This document shows positions 23,262 to 31,630 of a stretch of 32,000 nt of DNA, one piece after another. Position 1 is the stretch's first letter; each line of letters opens with the position of its first letter. The DNA comes from Candidatus Peribacter riflensis (GTDB taxonomy: Bacteria; Patescibacteriota; Gracilibacteria; Peribacterales; Peribacteraceae), in NCBI GenBank assembly GCA_001430755.1, contig CP013062.1, positions 540,001-572,000 on the forward strand. Direction: 5' to 3'. A program made the position numbers and the translations under genes. Below the pieces are notes generated by a model, which saw nothing but the letters and a program-made list of their open reading frames with translations, had not been told where the DNA came from and searched no databases.

Positions 23262-24302
23262 ATGGTGCCTCCGACGCTCCTCACCAAGACGTGCACGTCT
23301 GTTTTCGTGCTCTCTCTGCTTTTGCCCTCAATGGCATCAGCAGCAGAAACCGCCGCGTTCAAAGACATCCCATCGGGTTCGCCCGTGGCGGAAGCTGCAG
23401 AGTATCTGCGCAGTGTCGACATCCTGAGTGGATATCCCGACGGTACCTTCCGTCCCGACCAGAAGGTGAACCGCGCAGAGGCGATCAAAGTCATCATCGG
23501 TCCCCTGCTCAAGAAAGAAGCGCTGCAGGAGCTCATCTCGACCCCATTCACGGATATCAAAACCGGAGAGTGGTACCTGCCCTACGTGGAGGCAGCCCGT
23601 CAGAACTCCATTGTGGATGGCCCGCCCATGAGGGCCGCATTCAACGGCACGAAGCCCGTGACCAAAATGGAATTCATCAAGATGCTCCTGCTCGCCTATC
23701 GCATTGACCCCAGCTCTTATAGCGAGATCCGCCTGCCGCTCTCACAGGATGCCACCGATCCAGCCGCGTGGTACTACCCCTACTTGCGCTACGCCATCAC
23801 CGCATCCATGACCGCAGTGACGGACAAGGGCACCTTCGATCCGGGGCGGGAACTCACGCGCGGCGACACTGCACTCATTCTCTACCGCTTTCTCATGTAC
23901 CGATCGGGCAAGCGCACGCAGGCCCTCCTCTCGGAGGCGGAGAGCGAGATCCTCGTCGTCCTGAGCAGCCTGGAGCAGAACAATCCCGAACAGGCCGAGT
24001 ACGCCTCGGCCCGCGCCCTGCTCGCTGCCCGCGGCGCGAATGCAGGAACCCCCAATCAGCCTCTCGTACAAGGCGCGCTCAAGATCACCGAGGCATTCCG
24101 TGCGATTGTGCGCGCGTACCGCGCCGGCTTGAGCCAGCAGTTTGATGAGACCATCCGCCTGTGCGGGGATGCCTGGAATCTGGCCACCCGCGGCAAGGAG
24201 TTGAGTCCCGGCTTGGCGGACCTGAGCGATCAGGTGCAGGCACTCGCCAAGAATCTCGCCGACAGTGCGAGGGCGGCGAAGGCCGGACCCGCCACCCCAT
24301 GA
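23262..24302 (+). CDS. SLH (S-layer homology) domain protein
   Basis: Signal peptide ending SMASA|AE. Two SLH-like units are present: FKDIPSGSPVAEAAEYLRSVDILSGYPDGTFRPDQKVNRAEAIKVI and FTDIKTGEWYLPYVEAARQNSIVDG...TKPVTKMEFIKMLL. The C-terminal half is helical. Confidence 0.75.
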   Translation: MVPPTLLTKTCTSVFVLSLLLPSMASAAETAAFKDIPSGSPVAEAAEYLRSVDILSGYPDGTFRPDQKVNRAEAIKVIIGPLLKKEALQELISTPFTDIKTGEWYLPYVEAARQNSIVDGPPMRAAFNGTKPVTKMEFIKMLLLAYRIDPSSYSEIRLPLSQDATDPAAWYYPYLRYAITASMTAVTDKGTFDPGRELTRGDTALILYRFLMYRSGKRTQALLSEAESEILVVLSSLEQNNPEQAEYASARALLAARGANAGTPNQPLVQGALKITEAFRAIVRAYRAGLSQQFDETIRLCGDAWNLATRGKELSPGLADLSDQVQALAKNLADSARAAKAGPATP

Positions 24303-24694
24303 AGAGCCCCGCTTCGCTCTCTCTTCCCGCTTTCACGGCGCGCGTCGTGAAGGGGTCGGGGCGCGGCCGCATCATCGGTTCCCCCACACTCAATCTGTCT
24401 CTGAGCGATGTCCCCCGCCCTCTCGAGTGCGGAATCTACGCCTGCCGTGTCCGGTGGAATCGGCACACCGCGGGCGCGGCGATGCACTTCGGGCCCCGCC
24501 CGGTGTTCAGAGCGGGCATCGCCTGCGAGGTGCATGTGATCGGCCTCACTATTCGCCGCGCCCCTCCGCGCATCGAAGTGGAGGTGGTGAAACGGCTGCG
24601 CAACATCGAACACTTTCAGTCCGTTGAGCTTCTGCAAGAGCAGATTGCACGGGACATCGAACAGACGAAACGCCTGATAAATGGAGGGAAATGA
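24299..24694 (+). CDS. stand-alone riboflavin kinase (RibF C-terminal-domain type)
   Basis: Internal ATG at 24299 forms ATGA with the SLH gene stop. VVKGSGRGRIIGSPTLNL...GIYACRV...HFGPRPVF...CEVHVIGL...RLRNIEHFQSVELLQEQIARDI matches the flavokinase pattern. No FAD-synthetase domain is present. Confidence 0.7.
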   Translation: MKSPASLSLPAFTARVVKGSGRGRIIGSPTLNLSLSDVPRPLECGIYACRVRWNRHTAGAAMHFGPRPVFRAGIACEVHVIGLTIRRAPPRIEVEVVKRLRNIEHFQSVELLQEQIARDIEQTKRLINGGK

Positions 24695-24731
24695 TGAGAT
24701 CCCTCGAAGAGAGTGATACTCTTTCCGTACA

Positions 24732-26039
24732 GTGAAACGGCTCCTCCGCTCCCTCAAGAAAGCAATCTCCCAGCGCAGTCCCGTGCGCCTGGTCTGGCAC
24801 CATGCCAAGGCCTTCGTGGCCGCCCTCGTGTACGGATTCCCCGCACGAAAACTCACCGTCATCGCAGTCACCGGCACCGACGGCAAGACGACGACGGTCG
24901 GCATGACGGCGCACATTCTGGCCGATGCAGGCATCCGGGCGGGCGCGCTCTCCACGGCTTTTCTGCGCATCGGGGATCACACGGAATGGAACGCCACCCA
25001 GAAGACCTCTCCCTCCCCGTTCCTCATTCAGAGATTCCTGCGCCGCCTGGTGTCGGCGGGCTGCACCCACGCCGTACTGGAGGCCTCCTCTCACGGATTG
25101 GTACAGGGACGTCTGTGTTTCACCTGGCCAAGCATCGCCGCCGTGACGAACGTGACGCCCGAACATCTCGATTACCATGGCACGATGGAGCAGTACCGTC
25201 GCGACAAGGGGCTGCTCTTCATGATGCTCCAGGGAAGAGGAACGAAAGTCCTCAATCGCGATGACGAGAGCTTCACAACATTCAGCCGCATCCCATCGGC
25301 GCAGACGCTCTCCTTCTCCGTGCGGTCCGACGATGCAGATTGCTCGGCGACGGACATCGTCGAGACAGCCGAGGGCACGCAATCCATGCTGCGCACCAGA
25401 GAACGGAGCACGCTCCTGCCGCTTTCGCTCAGACTCCTCGGCGCATTCAATGTTGAGAACGCCCTGTGCGCCATTGCCTGCGCTCATGCCTGCGCTGTAT
25501 CGGTGGATCACGCCGTGAAAGCACTCAGGAATTTCGCCGGTGTTCCGGGGAGGCTGGAACGAATCGATGCAGGGCAGGATTTCGCGGTGTACGTGGATTT
25601 CACCGTCACTCCCGCCGCGTACGAGAAGACCCTTCTGACCCTGCGCGCCACCCTGCAGCCGGGGAACCGACTGCTCGTGCTCACAGGCAGCTGCGGGGAC
25701 CGCATGCGCGAGAAGCGCCCGATCGTGGGCCGTCTGTGCTCTACGCTCGCCGACATCGTCGTGATCAGCAACGAAGACCCCTACACCGAAGATCCGCAGC
25801 AGATCATTGACGAGGTGTGGGCGGGCATCGATCCATCGCACTGCGAGGCGCACAAGATTTTTGACCGGAGGGAAGCCATGGAGTTTCTCTTCCACAAAGC
25901 CGGACCCGGCGACGCTGTGATCCTCTGCGCCAAAGGCGCCGACACGACCATGATGACCGCCGGGGGGCAGATCCCGTGGAACGAGCGTGAAATTGCACGG
26001 GAGCTTCTGAAGAAGATGTCTGGCGAAACCCTTGGGTAA
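24732..26039 (+). CDS. murE: Mur ligase family, MurE-like (GTG start), short N-terminal domain
   Basis: P-loop VTGTDGKTTT at residues ~47-55, then TPEHLDYHG, NRDD, and GSCGDRMREKRP aligning to the MurE GCGGDRDxGKRP region. NEDP occupies the position of the DNPR motif. Confidence 0.75.
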   Translation: MKRLLRSLKKAISQRSPVRLVWHHAKAFVAALVYGFPARKLTVIAVTGTDGKTTTVGMTAHILADAGIRAGALSTAFLRIGDHTEWNATQKTSPSPFLIQRFLRRLVSAGCTHAVLEASSHGLVQGRLCFTWPSIAAVTNVTPEHLDYHGTMEQYRRDKGLLFMMLQGRGTKVLNRDDESFTTFSRIPSAQTLSFSVRSDDADCSATDIVETAEGTQSMLRTRERSTLLPLSLRLLGAFNVENALCAIACAHACAVSVDHAVKALRNFAGVPGRLERIDAGQDFAVYVDFTVTPAAYEKTLLTLRATLQPGNRLLVLTGSCGDRMREKRPIVGRLCSTLADIVVISNEDPYTEDPQQIIDEVWAGIDPSHCEAHKIFDRREAMEFLFHKAGPGDAVILCAKGADTTMMTAGGQIPWNEREIARELLKKMSGETLG

Positions 26040-26147
26040 AACTGCGAGCGGACACGTTGTGCAACTTTTGGTCAGTGTCCCTTCGCCGTTCTTCCAGTAT
26101 CCTGTAAAAGAGATTGTTGATTTTATACATTATTTCATTTTTGTCAA

Positions 26148-26867
26148 ATGCCGAGGAAACCTGCCCCGTCCGCCGTGACCGCCGGAATTGATGAAGCCGG
26201 CAGGGGCGCTCTGGCAGGCCCGGTCGTTGCGGGAGCCTGCATCCTGCCCAAGGATATTCCCCTGCCCCGCTTCATCCGCGACAGCAAGGTACTCACGCCC
26301 GACGTGCGCGAAGAAGCCTTCGCATGGATCGCGGCACACTGTGCGTACGGAGCCGGTATTGTGGAGGCAGATTTCATCGATCTCCATGGCATCCTTCCGG
26401 CAACCGAGCGGGCGATGCAGCAGGCCGTCGCGGAGCTCGCGCAACGGTGCCGCCCCACGTACCTCCTGGTCGACGGCCGCGACAAATTCTGGTTCGACTA
26501 TCCGCACACCGCCATCATCGACGGGGATGCGCTGGAACCGTGCATCTCGGCCGCCTCGATCGTGGCGAAGGTCACGCGCGACCGGCTGATGGTCGACCTC
26601 GCGAAAGCGTTTCCGCACTACGGATTGGAGGGGCACAAAGGGTACGGAACACCGGAACACTTCACTGCCATCAGAACCCTTGGCCCATGCCGGATCCACC
26701 GCTGTACCTTCCTCTCCTCCATCGCCACCACAGCCCTACCCCCAGCAGGAACAGCGGAAGCGAATACAGCTGACCCTTTGAGAGCACGAGCCACGGGAGC
26801 ACAAGAGTCGGGCTGTCTGGCACGCGCACAAACTCCACGCAAAAGCGGAGCGCGCCGTACAGGATGA
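26148..26867 (+). CDS. rnhB: ribonuclease HII with ~55-aa C-terminal tail
   Basis: GIDEAGRGALAGPVV, DSKVLT, SAASIVAKVTRD, GYGT..H and HRCTF are RNase HII motifs. The ORF continues about 55 codons past the usual end and overlaps lgt on the opposite strand. Confidence 0.85.
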   Translation: MPRKPAPSAVTAGIDEAGRGALAGPVVAGACILPKDIPLPRFIRDSKVLTPDVREEAFAWIAAHCAYGAGIVEADFIDLHGILPATERAMQQAVAELAQRCRPTYLLVDGRDKFWFDYPHTAIIDGDALEPCISAASIVAKVTRDRLMVDLAKAFPHYGLEGHKGYGTPEHFTAIRTLGPCRIHRCTFLSSIATTALPPAGTAEANTADPLRARATGAQESGCLARAQTPRKSGARRTG

Positions 26868-27483
26868 GAAAGAGTGCGAAGGTCCCGCCCGGACGCAGCA
26901 TCCTCGTCCGGTGCAGGTGCCACAGGCACAGAAATGCGATCAGCAGATCCTTCAGGAAAGCGTAGAGCTGCACCGGATGACGCAATCCCTCGACCCCCGG
27001 GATGGCCATGCCAAACGGAAGCGTCGTCACCGTGCCGTAGAGCTCCAGATTAATGAAGTTCCCCACCCTGCCGAGTGCAAGGCCCGCTGCAGCGGGAATG
27101 ACCACAAGATCGAGGAGGCTTGAGAGCGGAATGTGCTGCCGGCGGGCGGCGAACCAGAGCGCGATCCCCACACCGATGAACCCGCCGTGCGACGACATGC
27201 CTCCCCGCCACACGGCCAGAATTTCGAAGGGGTGCGCTGCGTAGGTAAGCGGGTGGTAGAAGAGCACGAAGCCGAGCCTGCCTCCGATGAGCACGCCGAG
27301 GATGCCGGCCGTCAGAAGATCGGCCCAGGCTTCTGAAGAGAGCGCGAGGCCGCGCTGCTTCTGGATGCGCGGAAGGATCAGAAAAGCCAGGAGAAACGCG
27401 GCGACGTAGAGCAACCCGTACCAGTGGATCGGAAAGCCGAACAGGGCGACAGCCACCGTGCGGGAAGGGAAGAAGGTGAGCAC
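26671..27483 (-). CDS. lgt: phosphatidylglycerol-prolipoprotein diacylglyceryl transferase
   Basis: HWYGLLYVAAF, GGRLGFVLFY, WRGGMSSHGGFIG and GRVGNFINLELYG are Lgt signatures. Confidence 0.9.
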   Translation of the reverse strand: MLTFFPSRTVAVALFGFPIHWYGLLYVAAFLLAFLILPRIQKQRGLALSSEAWADLLTAGILGVLIGGRLGFVLFYHPLTYAAHPFEILAVWRGGMSSHGGFIGVGIALWFAARRQHIPLSSLLDLVVIPAAAGLALGRVGNFINLELYGTVTTLPFGMAIPGVEGLRHPVQLYAFLKDLLIAFLCLWHLHRTRMLRPGGTFALFLILYGALRFCVEFVRVPDSPTLVLPWLVLSKGQLYSLPLFLLGVGLWWRWRRGRYSGGSGMGQGF

Positions 27484-27526
27484 GGTAACAGTGTACAGGA
27501 CTGATGGGCGATTTTCTGATTGAGTG

Positions 27527-27592
27527 ATTTGCGATTGATAGATTCACGTGAGCGAACAAATCGCCAATCATCAAATCGTTCAATCGCCAATC
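27527..27592. repeat. AATCG-motif cluster in the sortase-lgt spacer
   Basis: atttgcgatt 27527-27536 is the same 10-mer as at 11589-11598. aatcgccaatc occurs at 27559-27569 and 27582-27592 (23-nt period), with aatcg at 27574-27578 between them. Confidence 0.5.
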
Positions 27593-27597
27593 GTCCC

Positions 27598-28392
27598 TCA
27601 CTCCATCCTCTTTGCCATCACCACGAAACGCTCTTTCGTTGATCCGATCGGGTAACAGGTGATGAGTGTAAGCAGGCTCTCATCATCGCGCTCCGACAGC
27701 AGAATCGACGTGTCGCCCGACGGAACCACCTTCGTTTCTGTGACCACATAGGTCACCGTGTCCGTCGCCGTCCGCAGGATGATCTGTCCACCGATATGCA
27801 GTGTGGGGAGTGCAGCGAAGATCTGCCCGTAGCGGCTCTGGCGGGCGCGATCCGTCGGGGGGCTCGAATGCCCGGCGATGACCATCGTGCCCTTCGTCCC
27901 GGGACGGACGGAGTGCGGGTACGCGACGAGACCGTAGAGCAATCCCACCTGCATCTGGCGCTCGAGCGCATCCCACTCGCGCGCATCCCAGTAACGCCGG
28001 GAGGGCAGAAAGACCGGCGAGCGGATGGAGAGCGACGGAATCGAGAGGGAGTAGGCCTCCTGAATCTCCCACTGTAAGAGCTCCTCCCGGCGCTGATCCA
28101 TACTCGATGTGGAGCTCGCAGCAAAGTGCAGAGAGGGCATCAGGGGGGCGTGGCGCTGCTCCTGCGCTGCCGCAGGGATCGTTGGCGGCTCCGGCAGAGC
28201 GCTCCCGACCGGCACCAACGGCTCCACCCCGACCGGCGAGCTGGAAACCGCAGAAGCCTCAGGCGTTTCCGCTTTCTCCACTGTCACCTGTGCCGTAAGA
28301 TTCTTCAGCAGCATCGACCAGAGCAGCAGCGCTGCCACAAGCGCAAAGGCTGCAAAGGTAAAGGCGTAGAGGCGTTTTTGTTGCTGTTTCAT
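27598..28392 (-). CDS. sortase family transpeptidase
   Basis: N-terminal membrane anchor, then catalytic His (MVIAGHSS), TLxTC-type Cys (LLTLITCYP) and Arg (ERFVVMAKR). Confidence 0.85.
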   Translation of the reverse strand: MKQQQKRLYAFTFAAFALVAALLLWSMLLKNLTAQVTVEKAETPEASAVSSSPVGVEPLVPVGSALPEPPTIPAAAQEQRHAPLMPSLHFAASSTSSMDQRREELLQWEIQEAYSLSIPSLSIRSPVFLPSRRYWDAREWDALERQMQVGLLYGLVAYPHSVRPGTKGTMVIAGHSSPPTDRARQSRYGQIFAALPTLHIGGQIILRTATDTVTYVVTETKVVPSGDTSILLSERDDESLLTLITCYPIGSTKERFVVMAKRME

Positions 28393-28479
28393 GTATTATT
28401 GATATTATACAATAATTGTAGATTCTTAGCAAATATCCCCATACCCTGTACATTTCCCTCCTCTGACCACGCAAGCCTC

Positions 28480-29511
28480 ATGCTCCTCCTCGCCATCGAA
28501 ACATCGTGCGACGAAACCTCGGCTGCCGTCGCGGCAGACGGCACACGGGTCTTGAGTTGCGTCATTGCTTCTTCCAGCACGACATTCGCGCGATCCGGCG
28601 GCGTCATTCCAGAACACGCCGCCCGTGAGCAGATCCGTGCGATCCAGCCGGTCATCGACCAGGCGCTGGAAGACGCGAAGTGTACTCCGGCAGCCTTAGA
28701 CGGACTCGCCGTGACGCGCGGCCCGGGGCTGCTCGGCTCCCTGCTCGTGGGATCGGTGACGGCGCGTGCGCTCGCATCACTCTGGAAAAAACCCCTCATC
28801 GGCGTCCACCACACACTCGGGCACTTGAGCTCGACATGGCTGGATTGCGAAACGCCTCCGCACTTCCCTGTGCTCACGCTCTCGGCATCGGGGGGCCACA
28901 CGGAACTCTGGCTCAGAGAGAGCCACACACGCGGCACACTGCTCGGATCGACACGCGATGACGCTGCGGGCGAAGCCTTCGATAAAGGAGCGAGTCTGCT
29001 CGGGCTCCCCTACCCCGGCGGGCCGGCGATCTCACGGGCCGCAGAAACCGGCAACCCCCTCGCCTTCCCGTTTCCACATCCGCTCAAGAGCGAAGAGACG
29101 CTCGATTTCAGCTATTCGGGCCTCAAGACCGCGCTCAAGTATCTCATCCGGGATCTGCAGGCACAGGGGGTCACCGTTGAGCAGAGACTCCCTGATCTCG
29201 CCGCCTCCTTCGAGCTGGCGATCTGCACTCACCTCTGTGACCGCATCGAGCGTGCGCTCAAGCAGCACCCAGAGGTGCACGAGCTCCATGTGGCCGGCGG
29301 CGTCTCGGCGAACCGGCGCCTCCGCACACTCGTCGCCAAAGCGAGCGGCAACCGGACCGTGCGTTTTCCCACCACACTGCTCTACTGCACCGACAATGCC
29401 GCAATGATCGCGGCAGCCGCGACATTCCTCCTGCAGGAACGAGGCGATGGAGCGAGCCGTGCATTCGAAACTGCAGCTTCGCTCCCATCAGAAACAGTCT
29501 TCGGTGCCTAA
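28480..29511 (+). CDS. tsaD: tRNA N6-adenosine threonylcarbamoyltransferase
   Basis: Internal ATG at 28480 of track ORF 28126..29511. MLLLAIETSCDETSAAV, GVHHTLGHL, DDAAGEAFDKGA and GGVSANRRLR are TsaD/Kae1 motifs. Confidence 0.9.
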   Translation: MLLLAIETSCDETSAAVAADGTRVLSCVIASSSTTFARSGGVIPEHAAREQIRAIQPVIDQALEDAKCTPAALDGLAVTRGPGLLGSLLVGSVTARALASLWKKPLIGVHHTLGHLSSTWLDCETPPHFPVLTLSASGGHTELWLRESHTRGTLLGSTRDDAAGEAFDKGASLLGLPYPGGPAISRAAETGNPLAFPFPHPLKSEETLDFSYSGLKTALKYLIRDLQAQGVTVEQRLPDLAASFELAICTHLCDRIERALKQHPEVHELHVAGGVSANRRLRTLVAKASGNRTVRFPTTLLYCTDNAAMIAAAATFLLQERGDGASRAFETAASLPSETVFGA

Positions 29512-29591
29512 AAGGCAGGCAAGACTGCCGTGAGCGCGATGGCGAGAATGCCGAGGATCGCCAGGAGGCGAATGAGGGATTTCTTCTTCAT
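29508..29591 (-). CDS. 27-aa hydrophobic peptide MKKKSLIRLLAILGILAIALTAVLPAF (not in ORF track)
   Basis: Hand translation of the minus strand. The ATG (29591-29589) overlaps the TGA of the PKD gene (29590-29588) as ATGA. It has a KKK n-region plus one TM helix. Its TAG (29510-29508) overlaps the tsaD stop. Confidence 0.4.
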   Translation of the reverse strand: MKKKSLIRLLAILGILAIALTAVLPAF

Positions 29592-31630
29592 GGCTGTACG
29601 AGAATACGGAGGGGATCGGAAACCGACACACTATCCCCCTCCCGCACGATCAGTGTCACGGTGTATTCGCCGGGCTGCTGAAAATCGTGAATGGGATTCT
29701 TCTGATCGCTCGAGAAGCCGTCGCCGAAATCCCACGCGAAGGTCGTCGTCTGCCCCAGCGTCGAACAGTCGCTGTTGAACTGGACGCCGAGCGGCGCCTT
29801 GCCCTCTGTGCGGCTGGCTGTCAGACATGCATCGATCACCGGCGCACGTACGACGATCGTCTTGCTGGCAGAGTACTCCTTGCCACTGGTCGTGAAGACC
29901 TTGCCGATGATCTCGTACGTTCCGGCGCGCTCGAACGTATGCGATACCTGCGCCCCCTGCTGGTGGGCCGCACCTTGGGGTTCGTCGCTGAACATCCACT
30001 CGAATCCGCTGATCTGCTCGTCGCGGATCGTGGTCTCGGAGGCATCGAACCGCACAGTGAGCGGGGCGGTTCCGCCGTCGGGATCCATGAGGATCGTCAC
30101 GGTGGAGGCGGGCGGCAGCACTTCAACAGTGATGGGCTTGCGCAGAACACGGCCGTCGGGATCCTGCCCGATGAGCCAGAGCGTGTAGACGCCCTCGCGC
30201 CGGTACACCGCCTGAACCGACTCCTTCGTCGATCCGACCGTCGTGGCTTCGGGCACCTCCCAGAAGAACTCAATGAGCGGCATGGTCGTACGAGGCTTGA
30301 GATCAACGATCACCGGCACTTCGCCACTGATTACGTTGTTCTTCACCTCCGGAGACCCACTAAAGGTGAGATCGGCCAGCTGCAGCTCTTCCGTCACCCG
30401 AACCACCTTCGTAATCTTGGCAACCGGACCGGCCTGCGAGCGCAGCTCCGCCGTCACCGGAAAAGCGCCGCGCTGCGTGAAGGTGTGTCCCACCCGCTCG
30501 CCCCGCGCCTCGGCCCCGTCTCCGAAACTCCAGAGAACCACGCGAAGCGGCTCGTCGGTCTGCACCCGGAAAACGCCGCCGAACGGAGAAGGCCCGATGA
30601 GGTGCTCCGGCTCTGCGAAGAACTCCACCGGGAACGGCAACGGGAGGGAACGGAGGACATCGATGGTCCGCTCATAGGTCTGCTGTGCCTTGGTGACGAG
30701 CGTCACCTTCACCGAGACCGGTGTGGGACCCTCCGCGAAGAACGTGTGCACGACATCGAGATTTTTCGTCACCAGGTCCACCTCGCCGTTCCCGTCAAAA
30801 TCCCACTCTGCCTGGTCGAGGTCTTCTTTGCGGGGAACGAGGTGCGCGATACTCAGACGTGCCGGCTCATCGAGCACCGGCTGCGCGGGTGCCACCGAGA
30901 AAACTGCGTCCGAAATCACCAGACGCCGCGAGAGACGGCGCACATCTCCGCCCTTGAGCGCGATGACGGCCGAAACCGGGAACTGACCCTGACGCTCGTA
31001 GGACGCCGTCACTTCGGGATTGGTGGTCTCGGCATTCATCTTGCCGTCACCCTCAAAATCCCAAATGAACTTTTCGGGGATGAGCTGGCGCCGTGCAAGA
31101 ATCTCCACCGCGGAGCGGACACTGAACGTGATCGAGAGCGGCGCAATAAACTGCTCGGCATTCTCGGGCGTCACGACGGTGATCGTCAGGGGAGGCTCCC
31201 GGCGGATGGCGAACGGCACGGCCACGCTGGCAATGAGCCCCGGAAGAATGACGGCAATGACCTTGATCGCCGCGAGCCGGCGGCGCGGGAGGGTCACCGT
31301 CTCGGCCGAACCGATGCGCAGCAGTGCGAAGATCCCGATGCCGATCAGCACCACCGCCACAATGAGCGCCGCCATCGTGCCAGGAGGAATGAAACGGTCG
31401 TACTCCCCCGTCACATCGGGCAGCACCATAAGAAGGAATGCGGACCAGACAAGGTACGAAATGTAGGGGGTGAAGAGCAGCACGAGAAGAACCCTGCGGA
31501 GCAGGCGGCGGGAAGCCACTGCGGGATCCGCGGTCTTCGGCGCAGGCGCGCTCAGGGGAGCCGCCGCCGGAACCGGAGGAGGGGCAATGCCGTCAACGGG
31601 AGGAACGGGTGGCGTGGTCATCGCGCTCAC
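29588..31630 (-). CDS. polytopic membrane protein with multiple PKD/Ig-like repeats
   Basis: 680 aa. A Pro-rich N-terminus is followed by 3-4 TM helices, then repeated ~85-aa units with F.WDF(E/G)(D/G)G...H.F...G.Y.V.L. Examples are FAWDFGDGFSSDQKNPIHDFQQPGEYTVTL, FIWDFEGDG, WSFGDGAEARGERVGHTF and FEWMFSDE. Confidence 0.8.
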   Translation of the reverse strand: MSAMTTPPVPPVDGIAPPPVPAAAPLSAPAPKTADPAVASRRLLRRVLLVLLFTPYISYLVWSAFLLMVLPDVTGEYDRFIPPGTMAALIVAVVLIGIGIFALLRIGSAETVTLPRRRLAAIKVIAVILPGLIASVAVPFAIRREPPLTITVVTPENAEQFIAPLSITFSVRSAVEILARRQLIPEKFIWDFEGDGKMNAETTNPEVTASYERQGQFPVSAVIALKGGDVRRLSRRLVISDAVFSVAPAQPVLDEPARLSIAHLVPRKEDLDQAEWDFDGNGEVDLVTKNLDVVHTFFAEGPTPVSVKVTLVTKAQQTYERTIDVLRSLPLPFPVEFFAEPEHLIGPSPFGGVFRVQTDEPLRVVLWSFGDGAEARGERVGHTFTQRGAFPVTAELRSQAGPVAKITKVVRVTEELQLADLTFSGSPEVKNNVISGEVPVIVDLKPRTTMPLIEFFWEVPEATTVGSTKESVQAVYRREGVYTLWLIGQDPDGRVLRKPITVEVLPPASTVTILMDPDGGTAPLTVRFDASETTIRDEQISGFEWMFSDEPQGAAHQQGAQVSHTFERAGTYEIIGKVFTTSGKEYSASKTIVVRAPVIDACLTASRTEGKAPLGVQFNSDCSTLGQTTTFAWDFGDGFSSDQKNPIHDFQQPGEYTVTLIVREGDSVSVSDPLRILVQP

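Noticed and set aside
15872-25895. Other long antisense ORFs (15872..16867, 17207..17968, 20815..21489, 22148..23206, 24230..24970, 24549..25895, all minus strand)
   Set aside because: All lie opposite well-supported plus-strand genes in GC-rich DNA, where stop codons are rare. None has recognisable motifs.
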